Part shown: positions 49,564 to 59,041 of the stretch, piece after piece | Position numbering within the stretch: the first letter of the stretch is position 1 | Layout of the letters: every line of letters begins with the position of its first letter | NCBI GenBank assembly: GCA_027061995.1 | Contig: JAMOUT010000101.1 | Span: 12,211-76,210, forward strand | DNA length: 64,000 bases | DNA from: Candidatus Aminicenantes bacterium | Lineage (GTDB): Bacteria; Acidobacteriota; Aminicenantia; JAMOAD01 | Reading direction: 5' to 3' | Notes under the pieces: generated by a model | Databases searched by the model: none | What the model was told of the DNA's origin: nothing | What the model saw: the letters and a program-made list of their open reading frames with translations, nothing else | Translations under genes and position numbers: made by a program

Positions 49564-49983
49564 ATGAGACGAATATCAAGATATAAAAACAGAATCAATC
49601 AATCCCTTTCTGAAATCAATGTAACTCCCCTTGTTGATGTTATGCTTGTTTTACTTATCATATTCATGGTAACAGCTCCCATGATGAAATCCGGAATGAA
49701 AGTTAATTTACCTCAAGCTGAAGCAAAAGAGATAAAAAAGGTAAATGATGTTGTGATTTCAATTACAAAAAGCAGATATATATATGTGAATAAAACAAAT
49801 GTTAATGTAAAACTATTAAAAAACACATTGATTAATATGTTCGGAAACAGAAAAAATAAAGTTGTTTTTTTGGAAGCGGATTCTTCCGTTCCCTATGGGT
49901 ATGTTGTTTTCGTGCTTGATGAGATTAAAAAAGCGGGAATTGAAAAAGTAGGTGTCATAGTCAGACCCAAAAAGAAAAGATAA
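49564..49983 (+). CDS. tolR: ExbD/TolR biopolymer transport protein
   Basis: [19 protein letters not shown]… single TM with periplasmic domain. Typical 139 aa. Confidence 0.8.
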   Translation: MRRISRYKNRINQSLSEINVTPLVDVMLVLLIIFMVTAPMMKSGMKVNLPQAEAKEIKKVNDVVISITKSRYIYVNKTNVNVKLLKNTLINMFGNRKNKVVFLEADSSVPYGYVVFVLDEIKKAGIEKVGVIVRPKKKR

Positions 49984-50765
49984 TGGCTCAAAAAGAGAAA
50001 AAAACATTTGAAATCGCCGTAGGTATATCCATTTTACTTCATATATTTATTTTCGGATTATTAATAGAAAAGCCATTCGCATCACCGCGAAAAAAGAAAA
50101 TCACCTATTATGTTGATTTAATGAATTTTTCTCCGGGAGGAGGGGGGATTAAAAATTCATCAAATTACAAAAAAATCAAACCTATCAAAAAAAAGCCTGT
50201 AAATAAAAAAAAGAAAATATCTATGAAAGAACTTACGGCTGAAAAACAAAAATCTAAAAAGAAAAGGGATTTAACATACTCAAAACCGGTGAAAAAAATA
50301 AAAAAAAGAAGGAATAAAATCAATAAAAGACCTATCAAAAAAAGAAAAATAATAAGGAAAACCCCTCTTGAAGAGGTTTATGAAAAATTCAAAAAAGAGA
50401 AACAGAGTAATGATAATGGTGGAGTGGGTTTCGGAATAGGTTCGGGCAATGGAAATGGTTCCATGATAGGAAATTTTCCGTATGCCTATTATATAGAAAT
50501 TGTAAAAAACAGAGTATCTTCAAACTGGATAACCGCCACAGGCAATTTTACCGTTAGAACGAATTATATTGTTATTGTCAGTTTTACAATAATGAAAAAC
50601 GGGAGAATCAGAGATCTTATCGTTGAAAAAAGCTCCGGTATAGATTCTCTTGATACTTCAGCCTTAAGAGCTGTAAAATACTCCGTTCCTTTCCCCCCCT
50701 TACCGAAATCCTATGATAAAAAAGATTTATCCGTATTTATACAATTTGTCCTAAATAAAAAGTAA
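49983..50765 (+). CDS. TonB/TolA-family energy transducer (TM anchor, K/P-rich linker, TonB_C-like domain)
   Basis: N-terminal TM. Long lysine-rich low-complexity linker. C-terminal ~90-aa domain with the TonB C-terminal fold pattern. Position between tolR and tolB argues for TolA function. Confidence 0.6.
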   Translation: MAQKEKKTFEIAVGISILLHIFIFGLLIEKPFASPRKKKITYYVDLMNFSPGGGGIKNSSNYKKIKPIKKKPVNKKKKISMKELTAEKQKSKKKRDLTYSKPVKKIKKRRNKINKRPIKKRKIIRKTPLEEVYEKFKKEKQSNDNGGVGFGIGSGNGNGSMIGNFPYAYYIEIVKNRVSSNWITATGNFTVRTNYIVIVSFTIMKNGRIRDLIVEKSSGIDSLDTSALRAVKYSVPFPPLPKSYDKKDLSVFIQFVLNKK

Positions 50766-50779
50766 ATAGAGAGGAAGAA

Positions 50780-52069
50780 ATGAAAAAACATATGATAATT
50801 ATCTTTCTGATTTTCATCTGTCTGATTTTTTTCTGGCAGAGCAAACTGTTTTCCCAAAGAGTCGGGATTACAATTGAAAAAGGTGTGGCTGCAATATCCG
50901 TCGCAACACCTAAGCCTATCTTTAAAACAAAAAAGGATATAGCGATAAAAACGGGAAATTATATTTATGGTGTTTTTAAAGATGATCTCAGGTTTTCATT
51001 GGTTTTCAGTTTGGTTCCCGAAGGATTTACCTCTTATATCCGTCCTTTGAATCCGAAACAGATATTTTTTAAAGATTGGGAATCCATAGGGGCTAAGATA
51101 CTTGTTGTAACCGAAGTAAACGAGGACACCGATGATAATATAATTTACTCTATAACAGTATATGATGTAAAAACATCAAAGATGATATTCGGAAAAAAAT
51201 ACAGGGGAAAAATTAAAAGCGGAAGACTTATAGCTCACAAAGCGGCTGACGAGATGATGATTAATTTCGGAGAAAAGCCGGTTTTTTCCTCTAAAATAGT
51301 ATTTGTATCATCAAGAGACGGAAATAAAGAGATTTATATGATGGATTATGACGGTAATAATCAAACAAGACTTACAAAAAACAGATATATTGATATATTA
51401 CCGGCAATCTCTCCCGATAAGAAAAAAATAGCATATACCTCTTACAGAAGCGGAAAACCCGATTTATATATACAATATCTGTATGAGGGCATTTTAAAAA
51501 AGATTTCAACAGGTGGAGTTAACTATGGCGCTAAATGGAGTTGCGATGGTAAATATCTTGTTTACACATCCTCGAAAAGCGGAAATGCGGAGATATATAT
51601 TGCGGATTCCAACGGCTCAAATTCCCAAAAAGTTACTTTTTCAAGATGGGTTGATTCATCTCCCGATCTTTCTCCGAGCAATAATGAGATTGCATTAACA
51701 TCCGATAGAACAGGCTCTCCTCAGATATATGTAATAAACAGAGACGGAACAAACATAAGAAGAATAACTTTTGAAGGAACTTATAATGATTCACCCGCTT
51801 GGAGTCCCGACGGAGAAAATCTTCTTTTTGTTTCAAGAATAGAGGGAAGATTTGATATTTATAAATACAATTTCAGAGCTCAAACTTATTCAAAATTAAC
51901 TAACAGAGGAAGAAATGAAAACCCTTCATGGAGTCCGGACGGAAGACATATAGTATTTTCCTCGACAATAAACGGGACACCTCAGATATATATTATGGAT
52001 TATAAAGGAACAAGAAGAATAAGATTAACATATAAAGGTAAAAACACAATGCCTTATTGGTCAAAATGA
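50780..52069 (+). CDS. tolB: Tol-Pal system beta-propeller protein TolB
   Basis: Signal peptide. TolB N-domain. Repeated PD40/WD40-like blades (…PAWSPDG…, …PSWSPDG…). Confidence 0.8.
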   Translation: MKKHMIIIFLIFICLIFFWQSKLFSQRVGITIEKGVAAISVATPKPIFKTKKDIAIKTGNYIYGVFKDDLRFSLVFSLVPEGFTSYIRPLNPKQIFFKDWESIGAKILVVTEVNEDTDDNIIYSITVYDVKTSKMIFGKKYRGKIKSGRLIAHKAADEMMINFGEKPVFSSKIVFVSSRDGNKEIYMMDYDGNNQTRLTKNRYIDILPAISPDKKKIAYTSYRSGKPDLYIQYLYEGILKKISTGGVNYGAKWSCDGKYLVYTSSKSGNAEIYIADSNGSNSQKVTFSRWVDSSPDLSPSNNEIALTSDRTGSPQIYVINRDGTNIRRITFEGTYNDSPAWSPDGENLLFVSRIEGRFDIYKYNFRAQTYSKLTNRGRNENPSWSPDGRHIVFSSTINGTPQIYIMDYKGTRRIRLTYKGKNTMPYWSK

Positions 52070-52815
52070 AGATAAGCTTTTGCACCATAATTCTAAATGA
52101 AGAAAAAAACATAAAAGCTCTCATAGAAAATATTAATGAAATCGCTGATGAGATCATTGTTATTGACTCTGGTTCAACCGACAGAGGGTTAAAAATAGCA
52201 AAAGAGATGGGGGTAAAAGTCCTTTATAATGAATGGATTGATTATACCTCACAAAAAAATTTTGCAATTTCAAAAGCTTCCAATGAATGGGTTTTTGTCC
52301 TTGATGCGGACGAGAGATTATCGGATGAACTGAAAAAGAATATTAAAATTATAAAAGCAAAAGAGACTGATAAAGATGGTTTTCTTATAGCGAGAAAATC
52401 TTTTTATCTCGGCAAATGGATAAATCATTCCGGATGGTATCCCGAAAGAAGGATAAGATTTTTCAAAAAATCAAAAGGGAGATATTACGGAAGATTCGTT
52501 CATGAAGGGTTGGCTTTTGACGGAAAATCGGAAATATTATCGGGAGATATTCTCCACTACTCATATAAAGATGTCAATGACCATATGGAACGATTAAATA
52601 AATACTCTTTTCTCGGAGCAAAAAGGAAGAAGGAGGAAGGTAAAAAATTCTCTTTCACGAAACTTTTTTTATCCCCTTTTATCAGATTTATTACCCATTA
52701 CATTGTAAGATTCGGTTTTCTTGATGGATTTCAAGGGTTTTTAATAGCTGTTTTTTCAGGTTATTATGTTTTTTTAAGAGAGATAAAACTTTGGGAACTT
52801 AGTAAAAAAGATTAA
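52057..52815 (+). CDS. family 2 glycosyltransferase (LPS core-type, WaaE/KdtX-like)
   Basis: [13 protein letters not shown]…IVIDSGSTD (GT2 DxD context) and DADE motif. Overlaps the tolB stop by 13 nt. Confidence 0.75.
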   Translation: MVKMKISFCTIILNEEKNIKALIENINEIADEIIVIDSGSTDRGLKIAKEMGVKVLYNEWIDYTSQKNFAISKASNEWVFVLDADERLSDELKKNIKIIKAKETDKDGFLIARKSFYLGKWINHSGWYPERRIRFFKKSKGRYYGRFVHEGLAFDGKSEILSGDILHYSYKDVNDHMERLNKYSFLGAKRKKEEGKKFSFTKLFLSPFIRFITHYIVRFGFLDGFQGFLIAVFSGYYVFLREIKLWELSKKD

Positions 52816-52828
52816 ATATAATTTTGTT

Positions 52829-53248
52829 TTAATTCTTTTCTATTATATCTTTGTATTTTCCGTTCTTAGGGTCGTATTTGAATTTACCGTCAGCATAAAT
52901 TAAATCATCAATAGTGGATTTTTTCCCGTCTTTTCCCACAATCATTATCATATACCCGTCAATACCTGTTTTTTTATATATTATCTTATTACCCCAAGGA
53001 TCTTTAACAGGTATCTTTTTATCATAGGTTTTTAAGATAATCGAACTTAGTGAATCAATAGATTCCGCCTTAGGTGAAAATCCCCAATCTATTACATATG
53101 TTTCCACACCTTCGACGATCTCTTCGATTGAATTATATGCTTTTCTTGCATCATCTCTGCTAAAAAAGCCTATGAAATTATTAAACGGCCCTACATAAAG
53201 GAAAATTATGATAAATAAAAAAGCTACAACTATAATTATTTTTTTCAT
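52829..53248 (-). CDS. T2SS GspG-like pseudopilin-domain protein with plain TM anchor (no prepilin leader)
   Basis: C-terminal region resembles the GspG globular domain (…KDPWGNKIIYKK…GKDGKKSTIDDLIY vs GspG …DPWGNPYQY…GADG…DDI). The N-terminus is a plain signal/TM segment lacking the G-F-T-L-I-E prepilin motif. Overlaps the hldD stop by 4 nt. Confidence 0.45.
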   Translation of the reverse strand: MKKIIIVVAFLFIIIFLYVGPFNNFIGFFSRDDARKAYNSIEEIVEGVETYVIDWGFSPKAESIDSLSSIILKTYDKKIPVKDPWGNKIIYKKTGIDGYMIMIVGKDGKKSTIDDLIYADGKFKYDPKNGKYKDIIEKN

Positions 53249-54255
53249 TTTAAATCTCTATATTTTTTTTCCGCTATATATCTATTATCAGTAAGATAAT
53301 TCACAACATAATCCTTAACAGCAACTTTAAAATCGGTTATATCTTTATCATATCCTAATTTTCTGATTTTTGATATATCCGCCTTTGTTAAATATTGATA
53401 TTGACTCTTAATATTTTGAGGGATATCTATATATTTTATAACAGGTTTTTTACCTACGGATTCAAAAACTTGCTTCACTAAGGTGTTCCAACTTGTTGTT
53501 TTTCCCGAACCTATATTAAAAATACCTGTTAATATATTATTATCAAAAAAGAATAAAACCATATTTACGGCATCCTTAACATAGATAAAATCTCTTAATT
53601 GTTCACCATCTTTATATTCGGGATTATATGATTTGAATAATTTAACTTTACCTGTTTTTATAATTTGCTCATAAGCTTTGATAATAAAACTTCTCATATT
53701 CCCTTTATGATATTCGTTCGGCCCGAAAACATTAAAAAATTTAAGTCCCGTAATTTTATTCAATAATCCTGTTTTTTTAGCATAAACATCAAAAAGATGT
53801 TTTGAATAACCATAGATATTAAGAGGCCTTAATGTTTCAAGATATTCCTCATTATCTGAAAAGCCTCTACTCCCGTCACCATAAGTAGCCGCACTTGACG
53901 CATAAATGAATTGTATATTATTTTTAACCGCAGCTTCAGCCAATAATTTTGTATATCCGAAATTATTATTCATTAAATAATCCGCATCATCTTCGGTAGT
54001 ATCGGAACATGCCCCGAGATGGAAAATGGTTTTTATATTCCACGAGGAAATCTTATCTTCTTTAACCAACTCTCTGAATCTGTTTTTTTCATAATACTCC
54101 GTGAAATCAAGTCCTCTGAGATTTTTCCATTTTTCGGTTTTTCCGAGAGAATCAACAACTATAATATTGGTATATCCTCTTATATTTAAAGCATATAATA
54201 GATTAGAGCCTATAAATCCTGCTCCTCCTGTTAATATTATCAAATCCTTTTTCAT
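53245..54255 (-). CDS. hldD: ADP-L-glycero-D-manno-heptose-6-epimerase
   Basis: Near-collinear match to HldD/RfaD recalled from memory: TGGAGFIGSN, HxGACSxTTE, YASSAATYG, PLNxYGYSK, FNVxGPxExHKG, DFxYVxD. Confidence 0.85.
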   Translation of the reverse strand: MKKDLIILTGGAGFIGSNLLYALNIRGYTNIIVVDSLGKTEKWKNLRGLDFTEYYEKNRFRELVKEDKISSWNIKTIFHLGACSDTTEDDADYLMNNNFGYTKLLAEAAVKNNIQFIYASSAATYGDGSRGFSDNEEYLETLRPLNIYGYSKHLFDVYAKKTGLLNKITGLKFFNVFGPNEYHKGNMRSFIIKAYEQIIKTGKVKLFKSYNPEYKDGEQLRDFIYVKDAVNMVLFFFDNNILTGIFNIGSGKTTSWNTLVKQVFESVGKKPVIKYIDIPQNIKSQYQYLTKADISKIRKLGYDKDITDFKVAVKDYVVNYLTDNRYIAEKKYRDLK

Positions 54256-54306
54256 ATTAATTTAATATATTCTAATTTTTTTATTTAATCAAGTAAATGA
54301 AAAAAA

Positions 54307-55449
54307 TCAATAAATATCAAACCTAACTAATCTACCGTCAAGTCCACCGTTGGACAAAACCTTTTTCCACTTTGCTCTTAGCCCTATTTTTTTTATATAT
54401 TCTCTGTTCCCGAAATATATATAAGCGGATGAATTTTTACACTTTTGTTTTAAAAAATCACCGAGATTTTTATAAAAAGTATCAAGGTTTTCCCCTTTTT
54501 TCATTCTTATTCCATACGGGGGATTACAAACAATAATACTATCCTGGATTTTGTCTATCTTGAATAAATCTTTCTGTTCAATAATAATCTTCCTCTTTTT
54601 ATCCAATGCCAAACAATTGTTTTTAGAAATTTTAACGGCATTACCGGAGATATCACTCCCCGATATCAAACCTCCGGGAATATCCTTTATTTTTTTCAAC
54701 TCCTCTTTTTTCACCTTATCCCATATAGCGGAATCATAATCGGGAAGTTTCTTAAAACCAAAGTTTTTTCTTAATATCCCGGCAGGTGTGTCGGTTACTT
54801 TAATAAAAGCTTCACATAGCAATGTTCCCGATCCGCAAAAAGGATCATAAATGGGGACATCCCCTTTCCATTCGGAATATTCGATTATGGCGGCTGCCAA
54901 GATTTCAGACATAGGGGCTTCAACAGCCTCTTTTTTATAACCCCTTTTATGCAAAGCCCCGCCGGAGACATCAACACTTATTATTGCTCTGTTTTTATCA
55001 ATAAACAGATCAAAATATACATCAGGGTTAAATTTTTCAACCGATGGTCTTTTTCCCTGTTTTTCCGTAAAATAATCGGCAATAGCATCTTTTAATCTTA
55101 ATGCTGCAAATTTTGAATGCTTTATATTACTGTCTATGACTATTGCATTGATAGCAAATGTTTCATTCACGGATAAAAAATCACCCCATTCTATCTGTTT
55201 TCCTGTTTTATAAAGATATTTATCGGAATGAACTGAAAAAGATATAACGGGAGCAAGTATCCTACTTATAAATCTTGTTTTGAAAACTATTTTATAAAGG
55301 ATATCCTTTTCAGCTTTAAAATATATCCCCCTGTAAACCGGTTTTATATTCGCAGCCCCGAAGGAATTAAGCTCCCTCTCTCCTAACTTTTTAATATCTT
55401 CCGAAATTCGTGCAAAATATCTCTTTGTTTTCATATATTGATGTTCCAT
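54307..55449 (-). CDS. THUMP-domain class I SAM-dependent RNA methyltransferase (RlmL/YcbY N-terminal-module-like)
   Basis: Collinear with the E. coli RlmL N-terminal half: VDxSGxxLHKRGYK, DPFCGSGTLLxEA, NPPYG. Confidence 0.75.
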   Translation of the reverse strand: MEHQYMKTKRYFARISEDIKKLGERELNSFGAANIKPVYRGIYFKAEKDILYKIVFKTRFISRILAPVISFSVHSDKYLYKTGKQIEWGDFLSVNETFAINAIVIDSNIKHSKFAALRLKDAIADYFTEKQGKRPSVEKFNPDVYFDLFIDKNRAIISVDVSGGALHKRGYKKEAVEAPMSEILAAAIIEYSEWKGDVPIYDPFCGSGTLLCEAFIKVTDTPAGILRKNFGFKKLPDYDSAIWDKVKKEELKKIKDIPGGLISGSDISGNAVKISKNNCLALDKKRKIIIEQKDLFKIDKIQDSIIVCNPPYGIRMKKGENLDTFYKNLGDFLKQKCKNSSAYIYFGNREYIKKIGLRAKWKKVLSNGGLDGRLVRFDIY

Positions 55450-55458
55450 CCGCGTAAG

Positions 55459-55971
55459 TCAACTCCCTAATTGATACAATAGTTTAAAGGTTAAACCATA
55501 CAATACGGAGATTAAAATCATTACAACCGTTAAAACAACAACATATTTTAATCCGAAATACAAAATCATCATAGGTAAAAGTTGTAATTTTACGGCGCGA
55601 TTAAATATGAAAACAGCTATTATCTCCCCTTTAATCCCATTATCTTTTAATTCTTTTAAAATCGGATACCAAAGATACACGGAGCCTGAGGATAAAATTC
55701 CGCTTAAAATCGAAACTCCCCATAAAACAAAAGTTTTCTGTTTTTTAAATAATTCGGCCATCTTTTTTACGGGAAACAATAATTCAAGGAAAAACATGAA
55801 TATGAAAATCAAAGCTAAAACAGGTAGTATTTTTTTCATAAGATTAAGAATATTACTGTTTAATACTTTGGTCTTATCAGGATATATTAACAATAATAGA
55901 ATATATAAGATAACCGAAAACAATAAGAATATATAATTATACTTTTTATTTTTTTTCTTTTTCTTATTCAT
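55459..55971 (-). CDS. predicted permease, C-terminal half-type subunit (4-5 TM)
   Basis: Polytopic membrane protein. The start overlaps the stop of the upstream membrane ORF (ATGA), suggesting a two-subunit/split permease. Confidence 0.4.
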   Translation of the reverse strand: MNKKKKKNKKYNYIFLLFSVILYILLLLIYPDKTKVLNSNILNLMKKILPVLALIFIFMFFLELLFPVKKMAELFKKQKTFVLWGVSILSGILSSGSVYLWYPILKELKDNGIKGEIIAVFIFNRAVKLQLLPMMILYFGLKYVVVLTVVMILISVLYGLTFKLLYQLGS

Positions 55972-56387
55972 AGGACACCCATAATAAAAACCGTTATAAA
56001 AGCAACTATTATTGAAAAAATAAAACTTAACAAATTCCTTAGAATTGAAAACTTTTTACCGAGAAACATCATCTCCGCCGGAATTTGAACAAACCCGACC
56101 GTTATCCAGGAAACCAAGAATGCTGTAACAGCAATAAGACCGACTCCGTTTTTTAGTAATTCCCCGCCTATAATATAACTGTTTATCGGATTTCCGGCAA
56201 ATAAAGAACCAAAAGCGGCTCCGATTATCGGATCAAATGCATTATGGTGAAAAAGTGTGTTCAAGAATTTTTTCGGAACAAATGTATTAAATATTCCCAT
56301 AAGAATAATAACTCCAATTATTATGGGAGAAGCAAATATAATTGAATTAAAAGCTTTTTTAAAAGCTTGTTTAATCTTTAAAAACAT
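55968..56387 (-). CDS. predicted permease, N-terminal half-type subunit (4 TM)
   Basis: Polytopic membrane protein with glycine-rich helices (GAAFGSLFAGNPINSYIIGG). Translationally coupled to 55459..55971. Confidence 0.4.
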   Translation of the reverse strand: MFLKIKQAFKKAFNSIIFASPIIIGVIILMGIFNTFVPKKFLNTLFHHNAFDPIIGAAFGSLFAGNPINSYIIGGELLKNGVGLIAVTAFLVSWITVGFVQIPAEMMFLGKKFSILRNLLSFIFSIIVAFITVFIMGVL

Positions 56388-56397
56388 CGAATCTCAC

Positions 56398-57054
56398 CTA
56401 CCTTCCTTTTATTATTGACAGTGATTCAACATAAACAATTTCGCATGCATGATTTCCCGTATCATCTCTTGTTAATGAACTCTGCCAACTCCATCCGTCA
56501 TCCCCGTTAACATTAACAAGATACCCATCCATCTTAATTATTTGCCCTTTTTTTACATTTTTTAAAATAGATGTTACTACACTTGTTGCCGGAATTATAT
56601 GCATATTCGCACTATGAGTCTCTATCTCTTTACGAGGAATTGGAAACTCCTTAACTCTCCAATGATACCATCTTCCCGATTGAGATATCTTTATTTTTTT
56701 AAGAATAGACTCATCAGACATTCTTCCCCAACCAAGGGCAAGATCGGTAGGGGAAAGATCCGTTTCCCTCCCATGGTGATAATCCTTCTTTGATAAAACT
56801 TTAGCTTCAATACTGAACTGCGAAAGCAGAGTGATATTATATTTCTTAAATCTGAATGTTTCGGGAGTTTCCAAATCAGTTTGCACGGGCTCATCCGGAG
56901 CAAAAACTCCGGGGCCTAAATGAACGGAATTATCCCTTGTGAAAAAATATACTGCAACAGATAGAATAGCAATTATAATCACCGGTTTAAGATATTTTTT
57001 TAAATCAATCTCCTTTTGTTTTTTCTTATAAAAAGATCTTCCTTTTTGCTCCAT
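56398..57054 (-). CDS. hypothetical membrane-anchored protein
   Basis: K-rich N-terminus, one TM, then a ~170-aa extracytoplasmic domain. No recognisable motif. Confidence 0.4.
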   Translation of the reverse strand: MEQKGRSFYKKKQKEIDLKKYLKPVIIIAILSVAVYFFTRDNSVHLGPGVFAPDEPVQTDLETPETFRFKKYNITLLSQFSIEAKVLSKKDYHHGRETDLSPTDLALGWGRMSDESILKKIKISQSGRWYHWRVKEFPIPRKEIETHSANMHIIPATSVVTSILKNVKKGQIIKMDGYLVNVNGDDGWSWQSSLTRDDTGNHACEIVYVESLSIIKGR

Positions 57055-57060
57055 TATTCA

Positions 57061-57182
57061 CCTCCTTTATAAAGCTTCAAAGCTTAAAGTTACAAGCCTC
57101 AGGGCAGCTTTTTGGGCTTAAAGCTATTGAAACCCAAAGTATAAAGCCTCGAAGCTTCAAAACCACAAGCCTCGAAGCTTTT
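57061..57182. repeat. repeat-rich flank (left arm) of the four-helix-bundle gene cassette: multiple aagcctcgaagc / aagcttcaaagctt units plus the 32-nt inverted-repeat partner of 57759-57793
   Basis: The 57093-57124 segment caagcctcagggcagctttttgggcttaaagc is the reverse complement (about 29/32) of 57759-57793. aagcctcgaagc occurs at 57145 and 57167. Confidence 0.55.
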
Positions 57183-57539
57183 TCAATCTTTGTTTTTCGT
57201 CTTTTCTATCAAAGAATATAACATTCTTCTTATCTCTTCATCTCTTTTATTTAATTCTTCGTATTCTTCCACTGTTATATATTTTAAATCTCTACTCAAC
57301 ATCATTTGATATAACAATTCCTCACAACTTCCATATGCTATCTTTACATATCTTAAAAACTCCTTCTCACTCCCTCCTCCCCCTTCCTTTAGATTCATCG
57401 GTATTGAATACGATGCTCTTCTCATCTGAGCAACAAGTCCGTATATCTCATCTTTTGGATAATTTTTTGTTATTTCATATATTCTCAATACCAATTTATG
57501 GGACTTTTTAAAAACTTCATACTTATTTATATCTCTCAT
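57183..57539 (-). CDS. four-helix-bundle protein of the 23S rRNA intervening-sequence / Avd-like family
   Basis: 118 aa. Family signature …YPKDEIYGLVAQMRRASYSIPMNLKEG…EFLRYVKIAYGSCEELLYQMMLSRDLKYIT… (TIGR02436-like pattern: fpk.E.ygL.sQlrRAa.Si..NIAEG…sl.El.t.l.la.dl.yi). Confidence 0.8.
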   Translation of the reverse strand: MRDINKYEVFKKSHKLVLRIYEITKNYPKDEIYGLVAQMRRASYSIPMNLKEGGGGSEKEFLRYVKIAYGSCEELLYQMMLSRDLKYITVEEYEELNKRDEEIRRMLYSLIEKTKNKD

Positions 57540-57567
57540 CTTTCTCTTTATTATTCATTATCATTTT

Positions 57568-57793
57568 AGCTTCGATGCTTGGAGGCTTTATGCTTTTGGC
57601 TTTTAATTGTTTTCCCATTCCATAACTCCAAATATAATATATACAATATTAGAGAGATTTTTGCAAGGCATCTGAAAAAGCCTCGAAGCCTCGGAGCATC
57701 AAAGCCTCGAAGCTATTTAAAATCATGCAAACTTTTGCAAAAGCTTTATGCTTTATTAGCTTTAAGCCCAAAGAGCTGCCTTTGAGGCTCTTG
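57568..57793. repeat. repeat-rich flank (right arm) of the four-helix-bundle gene cassette
   Basis: gcttcgatgcttggaggcttt (57568-57590). Tandem aaagcctcgaagcctcggagcatcaaagcctcgaagct (57677-57714). Inverted-repeat partner gctttaagcccaaagagctgcctttgaggctcttg (57759-57793). Confidence 0.55.
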
Positions 57794-57870
57794 GCTTTTG
57801 GCTTCTTTTTACAATACTTGTTTTTTTTTAAATAATATTTTAAACTATTAAATTATAAGGAGGTTTTTAA

Positions 57871-58455
57871 ATGGTAAATAATTTAAAAGAATCATTGGTT
57901 ACTTTAAAAGAAAATTTTAAAGCGATTCAACAAGATGAAAAAGATAAAAATAAAGCATTCAAAAAATTTCTCGATCTTTTGTCCGAATTTCTTCAGAAAT
58001 CATTCGGTCTTGAGGAGGATGAAGTCTCGGTTCTAATTACCGATAAAAAAGAATCCATTATCTCTTTCGTTAAACCAAATTATCTCGTAAACTCCGGAAT
58101 GATTCCCTTAACATCCCAAGATTCAGTCGCAGCTCAAGCGATTAACAATTCAAAAGCAAAAGTTTTAAATCATATAAAAAAGAAAAGACACTCTTCCATC
58201 TTTGAGCATGTTAAACACCCTTCAAAGACTGTTTATCCCGTTCAAAAATTAATGGCTGTCCCATTGCTGTTAAACGGGAAAAAATACGGAGTTATAGAGT
58301 TAATGAGAAAAGGGTTAACCGCTTCAGACTCAGGGCCCGATTGGACGGAAGATGACCTAAAGAATATGGTCGAAATAGTAAAAGAGATTGTGTCATTTTT
58401 CGCTTATTTCAAACCTGAAGACTATAAACCAACATTAGTTGAAGATGAAAAATAG
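57871..58455 (+). CDS. hypothetical protein, possible GAF-like fold
   Basis: 194 aa soluble protein with no diagnostic motif. Overlaps the pyrE start by 17 nt. Confidence 0.35.
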   Translation: MVNNLKESLVTLKENFKAIQQDEKDKNKAFKKFLDLLSEFLQKSFGLEEDEVSVLITDKKESIISFVKPNYLVNSGMIPLTSQDSVAAQAINNSKAKVLNHIKKKRHSSIFEHVKHPSKTVYPVQKLMAVPLLLNGKKYGVIELMRKGLTASDSGPDWTEDDLKNMVEIVKEIVSFFAYFKPEDYKPTLVEDEK

Positions 58456-58984
58456 ATTAAAGAAAATAATACTTGAAAAATCGGTTTTTTTCGGAGACTT
58501 TACCTTGTCATCAGGAAAAAAATCAAAATATTATATTGATGCCAGAATATCAACCCTATTTCCCGAATCATCATATCTTATAGGTGAAATAATCTATAAA
58601 ATGCTTGAACCATGGACAGTTGATGCCATCGGGGGATATTCCATAGGCGCTGATCCGATAGTTACAGCTGTTTCCATAGTAAGTTTCCTTAAAGAAAATC
58701 CAATACCCGCTTTTATTATAAGAAAAGAGACAAAGCAATACGGTAGAGGTAAACAGATAGAGGGTAACTTTAAAGAAGGGATGAAAGTAGCTGTGGTTGA
58801 TGATGTTATAACCACGGGAAACTCCATAATAAACGGAATAAAAACAGTCAAAAACAATGGAGGGGAAGTTGTAGTGGCGATTTCCGTTATAGACAGAGGG
58901 GAGGGAGGTAAAGAAAAGATAGAAGCAATGGGAGTTCCATACATACCGATTTTCACCTTAGAAGATTTAGATATAAAAAATTAA
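58439..58984 (+). CDS. pyrE: orotate phosphoribosyltransferase
   Basis: PRPP-binding motif VAVVDDVITTGNS and type-I PRTase fold length (181 aa). Confidence 0.85.
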   Translation: MKMKNRLKKIILEKSVFFGDFTLSSGKKSKYYIDARISTLFPESSYLIGEIIYKMLEPWTVDAIGGYSIGADPIVTAVSIVSFLKENPIPAFIIRKETKQYGRGKQIEGNFKEGMKVAVVDDVITTGNSIINGIKTVKNNGGEVVVAISVIDRGEGGKEKIEAMGVPYIPIFTLEDLDIKN

Positions 58985-59041
58985 AAGTAAATATATATAA
59001 TTTCCTAATATAAATAATATTTAGAGGATTGGATATTTATA

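Noticed and set aside
57183-57539. Avd-like four-helix-bundle gene as part of a diversity-generating retroelement
   Set aside because: No reverse transcriptase, template repeat or variable-repeat target gene is present within the window. The flanking repeats are short aagcctcgaagc-type units, not a TR/VR pair.
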